Source of the DNA: Bdellovibrio sp.
Lineage (GTDB): Bacteria > Bdellovibrionota > Bdellovibrionia > Bdellovibrionales > Bdellovibrionaceae
Length of the DNA stretch: 64,000 nucleotides
Reading direction: 5' to 3'
NCBI GenBank assembly: GCA_036677065.1
Contig: JAKFBS010000002.1
Span: 640,001-704,000, forward strand
This document shows, piece after piece, positions 58,201 to 64,000 of this stretch (the stretch's first letter is position 1; each line of letters begins with the position of its first letter). The position numbers were made by a program, and so were the translations under genes. Under the pieces are notes generated by a model. That model saw nothing but the letters and a program-made list of their open reading frames with translations. It did no database searches and was not told the origin of the DNA.

Positions 58201-60421
58201 TTTCATCCGAAATTCTAACGGTAGTGGGTTTACCAATTACCACACTCTGCATCGCAGCCACTGTACTATGGCCTGATTGTTTTGCTGAATCGGTAACTTT
58301 CCCTGCAATGCCATCAGTTCTAGCAACTGATGCAGCAACTGGGGGTGCTTTTGGGCGTACAGTATCAAAAAAATCTGCATTTATTTTTTCGTTTGTAGTT
58401 AAGTCTTTAGTAGCAACTTCTGTGGGCTTATCGACCGCAGGCACTGGTTTGGTAGTATCAACTGGGTTAGCGGTAGCAACGGCCGCAGGTTTTGTTGAAT
58501 CAGCAGCAGCCACGACGGGTTTATCCGCAGCATCGACTGGTTTATCAGAATTAGGCTTTGCCGTATTCGTTTTTTCAGGAGGAGTTTTCGCAGCCGTATT
58601 GGTTGCTGCCGGTTTTTCAGTATTAGTTTTTGCTGTAGTCGTTGCGGGTTTATCTGCCGCTGGTTTGCTTTTTGGTTTTTCTTCTGGTTTTGTAGCCGCT
58701 TGTTGGGCTTTCTGCGCTGGAGTTGGCGGCGCAGGAGTTTCAACTTTTGGTGGTGTTGCATTTAACGAAACCGTAGGAGGAGTTGGTGCGCTCGGAGTTG
58801 CTTTCAATCCACGCGCTAACAGCGGCGCCGCAGCACCCACAAAGGGTAATACATCAACGCTTGCTAATAGGGCGTCAACTTTACATGAGCTATCATTTTC
58901 ACGGGCAATAGTTACTTGCGATTTTGCGTTATCACAGACCATATTTTTTTGTTTATCTTTTACAGATAAATTATCTAAAATAGCTGTGTTTTTATTTGTA
59001 CATGATTGATAGGCCTGTTTCATACTACCTTGAGCAAAGTAACCATCAACAGCAAGGGTTCCAGCAAAAGCTCCACGGCGTGTAGCGATTGCGGTTTTAC
59101 TTAAACCACCGATAACTTTAGCACCTACAGCTATAGAACCTAATCCTGCTGTTAAAACAGTTAACCCCGCATCTAGTGCGGCATTATCAACAACATTTTT
59201 TGTACCTGCGCGATCTTCACCGCGATCTAACAAACAACTTTCGGCATCAAAATAAGTTTTAAATTCCATGTTGCTACGACGGTCAGCTAATTGCGGTACT
59301 TTCGGCGCATCAAGTTTTGCTAGTTCAGTTCTAACTTTAGCAAAATCACACTTTTCGCCTTTATCATCAGTGTCATAAATTAAACATCTTAAGTTTTGTA
59401 AATTATCTTTATAAGCTCCGGCTAAAGCTGTGCGGTTAGCTTTTAACTGCTCGCGTAGTCCTTCTTTAATTTTTTCGCGACTTAAATATTTTCTTTCTGA
59501 CGATCTAGGCTTGGCTTTTTCGCGGGCAATTTTATCAAAAATTTCACCACGCACCCAAGGAACTTCGTCTCTAAGAATTTCGATAGCTTTACCGATATTT
59601 TCACATTTTTTAGTAGCTGTTTTTTGCGAAGTATAAGTATAACCACCGCGCATTGGACAGTCTTGTGTTGAACCGGCACATTTAACCATTGAGCCTGATC
59701 TACATTTTAGTTCGGCATCTTGAAGTGCACTGATTTTGCCTAAATTATCCATCGTCTTTTGAACTTGTTCTTCAAAACGATCTGCGGCTTGTCCTTTACA
59801 CTGCCCGCCAGTATTACGTAAATTTTCGCAGCTGCTTTTTAAATCCGGAAGTAATGGATTACACTCAATGCCATCAAGCACAGGCGTACCTTCGGTCACA
59901 GAATCAATAAATGCAATTTCATCCATCGCCGATTTATTAAATTTTTCAATGCGCGTAGCCGCTGCATAGAAACGCGTTTGCGCTACTTTTGCCTGTTCAG
60001 GAGTTAAATCCGGAGAGGTGTTACATCCGTTTAACGTGCGTGCCATGCTTGGAGAAATTGTTGAAGAAAATTGTTTGCTTAGTTCTGTGCTTAACGCCTG
60101 CGGAGTTTGAAAATTAGTTTGAATGCCATTGCCACTCATGTAATTTTGGTAAGCGGTTACATACCCGTTACAAGTTTTTGCTTCAGAATTAAATTTAAAA
60201 ACCATCAGTGTAGATTTATCTTGGTAATCATCTAACACTGATTCTTTAAGCGCTGTCGGACATTTTCCTTTTTTTAATTGCACATCTGGTTCAGCAGCTG
60301 ATGTTTTTTTGTTTGAACCTGTAGATGTTTTTTTTCCACCGCCAGAAGTTTCAACCTGAGCAAAAGCAAATTGAGTATTAAAAATTAGTGAAAATATGAC
60401 TAGAAAATTTATAGCGCGCAT
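49295..60421 (-). CDS. Giant secreted multi-domain protein (3708 aa), effector/polymorphic-toxin-like
   Basis: Signal AFA-Q, Cys-rich N-terminus, P/A/T/K linker, internal repeats, HEVSH, HD-like and kinase-like regions. Confidence 0.8.
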   Translation of the reverse strand: MRAINFLVIFSLIFNTQFAFAQVETSGGGKKTSTGSNKKTSAAEPDVQLKKGKCPTALKESVLDDYQDKSTLMVFKFNSEAKTCNGYVTAYQNYMSGNGIQTNFQTPQALSTELSKQFSSTISPSMARTLNGCNTSPDLTPEQAKVAQTRFYAAATRIEKFNKSAMDEIAFIDSVTEGTPVLDGIECNPLLPDLKSSCENLRNTGGQCKGQAADRFEEQVQKTMDNLGKISALQDAELKCRSGSMVKCAGSTQDCPMRGGYTYTSQKTATKKCENIGKAIEILRDEVPWVRGEIFDKIAREKAKPRSSERKYLSREKIKEGLREQLKANRTALAGAYKDNLQNLRCLIYDTDDKGEKCDFAKVRTELAKLDAPKVPQLADRRSNMEFKTYFDAESCLLDRGEDRAGTKNVVDNAALDAGLTVLTAGLGSIAVGAKVIGGLSKTAIATRRGAFAGTLAVDGYFAQGSMKQAYQSCTNKNTAILDNLSVKDKQKNMVCDNAKSQVTIARENDSSCKVDALLASVDVLPFVGAAAPLLARGLKATPSAPTPPTVSLNATPPKVETPAPPTPAQKAQQAATKPEEKPKSKPAADKPATTTAKTNTEKPAATNTAAKTPPEKTNTAKPNSDKPVDAADKPVVAAADSTKPAAVATANPVDTTKPVPAVDKPTEVATKDLTTNEKINADFFDTVRPKAPPVAASVARTDGIAGKVTDSAKQSGHSTVAAMQSVVIGKPTTVRISDETGEIIPATVTKLQQTPQGNMAEVAYQHRDGSMRSRRVRAQELYQTNPEIKDDNQFYEFLASKLKTEQAVAQNKVIPQPAKTMTPSVANYSQPAGLDMRSSSSNNSAMAVAAAPSRPAAAAQAVATPVIQRNQPVIAQADMQNFGNAAPANNVQRGSSRSPASESFTQNAPSTAAEDELVRALTSNNNTGAVAPVASFAKVKPEPVSIFKSNSGGGSGSTPQINAKVDNRPTTYVDKSDNVRFIEGEQIKVSNFEGGKDAEFKIVKKLENGLLRVSDGNGKEFDLLRDEVKSAERLAPPTAKAGATEVVEKIKLKEEFIRPGDAVNVKNFEGGSELNASVVRKNTDGTVRVKDEAGKEFDLIKSEVKDAEFSRGLTAEIKQNLEIADDVVRVKTAENYLQRPLTAVQQQAVLKSHKIAEDKGIFALSKTELRQKAKALRDAGLSEDEASLLLRKGVTGSPGLDNVRIVSEQSAIPKFDIIKGKQLEVPMGNTGRTNPGAVMSGPDARGYYEVEFYQKGAGIGRTRKTAAELTAANVKLPGKIENPIINVPVVGKDVSYPGKVISGPNGKGQYEVEIYPPGKPATVVRMNEIELKKANTPQAVRQAKIREARRASFADRSSAELEQILDDSLRQADSRGGRDAYNVDYGVSGKPDKALKSKKIDIEGQRALEELAKRQNKEINELYEEVKLARKAKPQMQVSTKSTDVSQADVFNSAQAGGARNELDYLAEQDGLKTLNLNPKQRQNAALELGIADENKIAAMDYPAVASRKEARELFSKVFPNGNDFDDTLLRQTMSFNPRGGYINAREFANAEKFVAAVRKADINAANLSLAERRLLNKFTDRAPLYARQTNADVALLPRQSLEVDSAVIRKIASADSAPISVRAVDPAEVAGDARNQLDYLAEQDRLKSSRLNPRQRESVARELGIYNENKAAALDYASVGSKKESSALFDKLFPGKKDFDTEMLRQSMSYNPRGGYIGNAEFANAEKFVKAVQKADIDGSTLSLSERRLLNKYTDRAPLYARQVNPAIETINRQSLEAVVPPRIISNKVSAFAARGDEVVAQVKIKPEMVRAGDQVTVKNFEALAGGGGADLDAKFIRRNKDGTIRVKDSQGKEFNLGAQATSESQFYRGLTAELKVNGDLDNPSRVKAAADYVKRPLTEAQKNAVLASHNVGGEGRGYFDYTAKELKEKTAILRKAGFSNPEATLLLRKGITGNNSSEISQLIKVTPSEVRIGDQVVIHEFNGTGELRGAIAGDAHNGGLILREANGAETIIYKNDLDDLTNAQITRNPNARFIANAEELSLERAPIVAAVAKKAVPVDASNARVGDKVLISEFNGTGELEGVITGPAKNGGYLLREVNGKETIIYKTDLEDTTNTKITREWGSKPPVVKREATSVVDNTPDSPLLVSKDKKQNPDIVVPLGNGELRQGRVLSQLEAKPGVAKTYVVEYLDEAGIANQIHLTQDQLLATTTPDALKKVKADRERSATYQSKSNSELQQILDEGHRAAKDAVGKGRSVDKPDLNAETHSALSELARRSGVTSNAVFEAYRRGGVKGLENLALAQNIIRSPASVTNLPVTPIIVKPLAQLKTGDYVVTAGIGDKVKEGLVVGRDKIKGEIIYTVGVVNKDGSTSFKKMTDRELGDSNSAYVGVKVESSRSKDPLALRSQIDEDFKNARSEAQLADLRRKARLKVEGKTKVIYDDASNPLLANSAGVTTPEGAVYINIDYDTDARFSTLLHEVSHTKTDRARGDLRVQSVSKELSAQGYGKGFSFDEIKAATVNFAVDKQTVIAQSKAGKPAIPNRAVKRDISNMQTSVDRRQAFINDSRDALDQVDESLGSIVAKDVGRSGDKNFTVWQITLNNVEGKTDPVHLSFSTPVNMSRSEAMGQLREFSREEKIKLLNAQSRLDYDKAYLTELRTKVGVPKRAQPLNGESVFQVVEAKGVARNPATDRVKAQALSSSNASTNSLVEELDSVIGIRGRSMGLRSTAELTSGHPLTPVIEKQRQIVNRLSRADREFQPENFARISSNVANDFLKSGDVDLALPYYRLTAETIENNLGSTAKSFWASEVNTKAAIKAGFISDNTELAHMATQKSVLAKTKSNAAEDVKKVALDQYHNLGYEYDRVLYGVKRYGNKNKELELLVIRKQQQHIAQKYGLKNDIEALVGKDGFQKIDEQADLTVDDLIQNPKQIIDPEKFKKTQRIPASTSAPSAMVTPSAALPVELKAVHSGISKSTPELEAQVDRYVEALRGADLSPKEVKSILHQEDLIAATRNPVVAKVLDKARVDYQGLKFGMLDSDVGKLAKFQENLLLKNTKESDELFDTLRGTVKTPAAQELKTVLKDLGFPHPNLLNPNLTNQEVREIIAEVPVLRGYLHELPGMQLAIRDLNAGHITQNQFRERILANLGHNGPNEGYWSFLSNNIVPTSLGNAKHPKAKLLFADSIFATDQVINGVVIPRYPAPQSPAGIVHSTFDRLSQGTRGGVDKIFYELGGAPLAANPKTAIREIGVPPNKGLQLPHEMLIGNPEKTMSQLEALQQHAATSPQFSKTQQTELSHFVGGAIARLQKQNDFIQQNVIVVKDSNGLIKKMTLRYQDKKIVLTNDSPAEDVAGAMEKMLRHEESLHGDPFKEFKLAPQARAATLAAADAAKLDQRHSQASLDYLLVNIAKRSDNEKAEAPEVVEFLKRYKNDPAFAGWLKNKDVTNSVHYDVKGNATKLLLEYKNLERTPAAIKDPVIVNLADQKLLDPSRLNAWQVERQINFKRSQYDNVLSGLKKGDVVQATSAQSGKVESFELGDYIGAGNTSNLYAMKDPNKVVRLPFLTTGVSGQKSGKDFFQTYVQTRDKYVGIPGLDVVKVFDHGKNFEYIVNERVPIKMTLNEVEDRLFSLKATKTPTDGQKKELNELQAVWDKFTKIAPEIAKRSNDQTRVTSLQSAKAIDRDTALVQEARQVALTPDGRLVLLDWE

Positions 60422-60428
60422 AGACTAT

Positions 60429-60455
60429 TTATCGGCAAAATCCTTGAATTTATTA
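60429..60455 (-). promoter_or_regulatory. Sigma28-like promoter
   Basis: TAAT-N15-GCCGATAA, 7 nt before ATG 60421. Confidence 0.65.
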
Positions 60456-60526
60456 AGGATTTCAGAGCTGGCAGAACGTCTAATTTATGAGTGAAAATGA
60501 CATGCTATTGCGAAGCAATGCCAATA

Positions 60527-61723
60527 TTAAGAAGCGATTTTTTCTTTAACGATCTGCATAGGCAGTTTCATGAATAAATCCATAGGAAGGGCTTTAGAAT
60601 ATAACCAACCTTGGGCAAAATACGCGCCTAGCTGTAGAAGCGCTTCACGCTCTTCGAGCGTTTCAACACCTTCAGCAATAATATCCATACCTAAAGCCTG
60701 GGCCATAAAGACCATAGACTTCACAACGGCTAAAACTTTTGGATCAGCGTTTATTTTTGAGACAAATGACTTGTCGATTTTTAGATAACTGACCGGCATT
60801 TGCGATAAATACTGTAAACTTGAATACCCGGTACCGAAATCATCGATTGAAATGTGAAAACCTTTGTTTTTACATTGATCTAAAATCTCGATGGCAACTA
60901 CACCATTCATCATCACACGTTCAGTAACTTCTAATTTGATATTTTTCGGGGCAACCTTATGCTTCCAGGTTAACTTTTCCAGATCCATTAAAAAATCCGG
61001 ATGCGTAAACTGGCGACCGCTCACATTGATACTCATGATAAAATCATCGCCGAATGCCGTTTTAATTTTTTGAAAGTCTTGAAAACAACGTTCAAAAATC
61101 CAATGACCGACAGAAACCATAAGTGATGAATTTTCTAAAAAATCGATAAATTTATCCGGCTGAATGTATCCAATAACTGGATCTTTCCAACGAATTAAGG
61201 CTTCAGCCCCGACCACTGCACTTGTTTGCATATTGATGATTGGCTGGTAAAACATTTCAAACTCTTGGTTGTTCAAAGCTTCTTGCAGACGGTTTTCAAA
61301 CTTCAGGTTTTCAAAACCATCCATAATCGTATCATCTGGGCTTACGACATCTTCATTACCTTGCGCAACATGAGTCAGTGATGAATTGTTTTTACGTACG
61401 CGATTCATCATCACTTTTAATAATAATTGAACTAACTGGTCAGACCCTTGAAAACGCTCGATCAATTGATCTTTAGTCACAACATTCAAAACTGTATCTT
61501 CAATAGCTTTAACAGAAGCCGAACGTGGTAAAGAATCAATTAATGACATCTCTCCAAAAATTTCGCCTTTTTTAATTTGTGTAAGTGGAACTACTTTTGA
61601 ATCGATTTCTAGGTACACAAGGACTTTGCCGCTCTCTACAACGTACGCACAATCACCAGCTTCACCCTGTTTAAATAAAACAGTGTCTTTCGCAATTGTA
61701 ATTTGTTTTTTTAACGTACTCAT
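60527..61723 (-). CDS. cNMP-binding + EAL c-di-GMP phosphodiesterase (Bd1971-like architecture)
   Basis: GEIFGEMSL..PRSASV (cNMP); YQP, EALIRW, DDFGTGYSSL, AEGVET, QGWLYS. Confidence 0.9.
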   Translation of the reverse strand: MSTLKKQITIAKDTVLFKQGEAGDCAYVVESGKVLVYLEIDSKVVPLTQIKKGEIFGEMSLIDSLPRSASVKAIEDTVLNVVTKDQLIERFQGSDQLVQLLLKVMMNRVRKNNSSLTHVAQGNEDVVSPDDTIMDGFENLKFENRLQEALNNQEFEMFYQPIINMQTSAVVGAEALIRWKDPVIGYIQPDKFIDFLENSSLMVSVGHWIFERCFQDFQKIKTAFGDDFIMSINVSGRQFTHPDFLMDLEKLTWKHKVAPKNIKLEVTERVMMNGVVAIEILDQCKNKGFHISIDDFGTGYSSLQYLSQMPVSYLKIDKSFVSKINADPKVLAVVKSMVFMAQALGMDIIAEGVETLEEREALLQLGAYFAQGWLYSKALPMDLFMKLPMQIVKEKIAS

Positions 61724-61743
61724 TAAGCTTCCTCGCAAACAAC

Positions 61744-61771
61744 CTATCGACAGTGGTGAGTGTGTTATTTA
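61744..61771 (-). promoter_or_regulatory. Possible sigma28-like promoter
   Basis: TAAA-N16-GTCGATAG. Confidence 0.45.
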
Positions 61772-61832
61772 CTGGACCCCGGTCTAGTTCTTGATGCGGC
61801 TTAAGGCTAAAACTCTACCAATTCGGGACTGT

Positions 61833-62687
61833 CTAAATATTATTAATCTTATTTTTATTTAATCCCAGACTTTTACACATCAAATAATCGTAAATTCTCA
61901 ATGGAATCAACTTTGGTAAATACCAATTTTGAAATTTGCGCGGCACAGGTGCATATCTAATTTTTGGCTTCAAACTTGTCAGTGCATGATCGATATCTTT
62001 AACTACGTCTTCTACATGCAAAGCATGATTGATTTCGCTACTGACAAACGCGATAAATTTTTGAAAGGATTTTCTGTATTCTGTAGAATCAAAAGCGTTG
62101 GCTACTACATTAATTCCTTTATTCCAAATCGGTGTATTCACAGAACCCGGTGCAACGATTGAAACCTTCATGCCATACAAATTTAATTCGCGACGAAGCG
62201 TTTCTGAAAAACCTTCGATCGCATGTTTACTGGCACAGTACCCCCCTAAAAATGGGGTCCCGTTCTTGCCCGAGACAGAAGAAATATTAACAATTCGGCC
62301 CTGCTCAGCTTTTTTTAAAAAAGGTAAAATCACCTGAGTCATTTTAATCACTGCAACTACATTAACTTGCAGCATACTTTGAATTTCTGAAAACTTTTGA
62401 TATTCGATCGGCCCGGCTAAAGCCACGCCAGCATTGTTAACTAAGGCATCAATGTGAGTGATCTTATTTTTTATTAAGAGATCTGGAATTTGATCTACTT
62501 TTGCGAAATCCGTGACATCTAATTGCAGACCCAAAAAATTTTGCGGATGAGTTTTTTGAAAATATTCACCGTCTTTTTCGTTTCGGTAAGTCCCGATAAC
62601 CTTACCCCCCTGTTTTAGGTAAAAATCAGCAGTTGAAAAACCTATTCCACTGCTGATTCCGGTAATAAAGACGATTTTTTGATTCAT
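61833..62687 (-). CDS. SDR family oxidoreductase
   Basis: TGISSGIG, NNAG, YCASK. Confidence 0.92.
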   Translation of the reverse strand: MNQKIVFITGISSGIGFSTADFYLKQGGKVIGTYRNEKDGEYFQKTHPQNFLGLQLDVTDFAKVDQIPDLLIKNKITHIDALVNNAGVALAGPIEYQKFSEIQSMLQVNVVAVIKMTQVILPFLKKAEQGRIVNISSVSGKNGTPFLGGYCASKHAIEGFSETLRRELNLYGMKVSIVAPGSVNTPIWNKGINVVANAFDSTEYRKSFQKFIAFVSSEINHALHVEDVVKDIDHALTSLKPKIRYAPVPRKFQNWYLPKLIPLRIYDYLMCKSLGLNKNKINNI

Positions 62688-62698
62688 ATTTTTTAAAA

Positions 62699-63562
62699 TT
62701 ACTCTAAGAAAACTCTTCTCGGAGCTCTTGAATCACAACGACCTGAAAAATTATGTGCAACGACACGTTTTTTAGGTGAATTTTCTAAAAATCTGCGAAG
62801 ACCTGGCGTGTTTACATCGACCATGTTTTTAATTGCTGTCGTGTCTGGGTTATGTGAAAAGCCTAATTCAAATAATAAAGACCAGATGCCATGTTTCCAG
62901 TAAGCATAGTCTTCAAAGGTGCCGTCAGCTGCGTATAACACTTCTGTGTTATTACCAGTCTGATAACGACTTTCTATAGTAGCATCAGCCACTAACTTTT
63001 TATACGTGTCATCATACGGCGTTGATAAGTCAGTTGTTGAAATTCCCCACGGGTAAACCACGGCTGGCCAGTAAGTATGAAGAGTTGCAGAAATTTGAAT
63101 ATTTTTTTCTTCAACAAAAGCAGCTAAAGCACTTGTCGATTTTAAACGAAAAGCTTTATCTGTCTTACAAGGGCTTGTGTAATCACGATTGGCATCGACA
63201 GAAGTTTGTAAATTTTGTTCATAACGGCTTCCGCGGTTATAACCAGTTACATTCAATACCGGCACGATATAAACAGTTTGTCCCTGAATCGGATTAGCCG
63301 CAATACTTGCCGCAAAACCTAATGCTACGGCAGTTGAACCGTACTCATTACCATGATGAGTGGCCACAACCAAAGACGCGGTTTCACCGTTTCCAACTTT
63401 TAAAGCTTTGATCGGAGTTCCCTGATCATTCGTTCCAATCGTGATCACAACGGCTTGGGCAGGATTAGTTGCAGCGATTTCATTTAATTTATTTACGGCA
63501 TTATCATAGTTGTTCGCTGCGGGCGCTTGTAATAAAAATAGCGCCAGGATTGATTCTAACAT
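62699..63562 (-). CDS. M14 zinc carboxypeptidase
   Basis: HHGNE, DANRDY, TLHTY, GTFEDY, FELG. Confidence 0.85.
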   Translation of the reverse strand: MLESILALFLLQAPAANNYDNAVNKLNEIAATNPAQAVVITIGTNDQGTPIKALKVGNGETASLVVATHHGNEYGSTAVALGFAASIAANPIQGQTVYIVPVLNVTGYNRGSRYEQNLQTSVDANRDYTSPCKTDKAFRLKSTSALAAFVEEKNIQISATLHTYWPAVVYPWGISTTDLSTPYDDTYKKLVADATIESRYQTGNNTEVLYAADGTFEDYAYWKHGIWSLLFELGFSHNPDTTAIKNMVDVNTPGLRRFLENSPKKRVVAHNFSGRCDSRAPRRVFLE

Positions 63563-63577
63563 TGGGATCTCCGTTTC

Positions 63578-64000
63578 CTAATTGTTAAACGTAACTTTGG
63601 TCTTGTTTATAATCGTCTTTGGATTTCCGTTATTTGTTAAGTAGTTTTTAACAAGAAGTGATTGAATTTTTAAAATTTCAGCTTTCGGATAGTAATGCGT
63701 CAAAATATCCATGTAAGTTCGGCCCTTTTTAGCCATGTACATACTGCCAAACTGACATAACCCCACACCATGACCAAAACCGCGCCCACTAAAGGTTACA
63801 TTCGAGTCATTCACTTCAACATTTTCAGGATTCGAACGGATCTTTGAATACCCAAACACCTGACGCAGCTTTTGAATGCTCCACTCTTCAAAACGAACGA
63901 TTTTGTTTTTAAAATACGCCGCTTCAAATACATCTTTGTTTTGAAACTCGCTAGCAGGCACTGAAAAACTCCACTGGTTGCTGGCTTTCGTTTGGCACCA
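63578..64000 (-). CDS. SpoIID/LytB-domain protein, 3' part (truncated by window end)
   Basis: GRGFGHGVGLCQFG, ILTHYYP; frame open to the window edge. Confidence 0.85.
   Translation of the reverse strand, partial: WCQTKASNQWSFSVPASEFQNKDVFEAAYFKNKIVRFEEWSIQKLRQVFGYSKIRSNPENVEVNDSNVTFSGRGFGHGVGLCQFGSMYMAKKGRTYMDILTHYYPKAEILKIQSLLVKNYLTNNGNPKTIINKTKVTFNN

Noticed and set aside
58224..59009. 261-aa plus-strand ORF and other short antisense ORFs in the track
   Set aside because: Shadow frames of longer, motif-bearing genes on the opposite strand
60510..60524. Sigma54 promoter upstream of the giant gene
   Set aside because: GG-to-GC spacing is 9 nt rather than 10; the sigma28 match is better

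Overview
Moderately AT-rich bacterial chromosome segment. Gene content suggests a predatory Bdellovibrionales-like organism (inference from the cNMP-EAL phosphodiesterase, many secreted Cys-rich proteins, RxPAS motifs and sigma28/sigma54 promoters). From left to right: (1) a peptidoglycan/DAP cluster (murI end, permuted-papain amidase, MepA-like endopeptidase, lysA, MpaA-like M14 peptidase, dapD); (2) envelope and housekeeping genes; (3) three secreted permuted-papain (NlpC/P60-like) genes next to a stand-alone HUH/Y1 tyrosine transposase (RAYT-like), with 7 copies of a GGGGCA(A/T)TGCCCC palindrome, some inside coding sequence; (4) a ~20 kb pair of convergent operons, one with four large Cys-rich adhesin-like proteins and one with seven genes encoding a non-flagellar MotA/MotB-like pair, a pseudo-cyclase receptor, a FecR/FN3 protein, a LysM protein and two predicted outer-membrane barrels. 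This block is the best candidate for an undescribed system. (5) an accessory islet ending at tRNA-His, including an ArsR gene with two matching operators; (6) msrB and a 3708-aa secreted multi-domain effector-like protein; (7) cNMP-EAL phosphodiesterase, SDR, M14 peptidase and the end of a SpoIID-like gene. Four genes share a sigma28-like -10 box exactly 7 nt before the start codon. All domain calls are by-eye motif recognition, not database searches.
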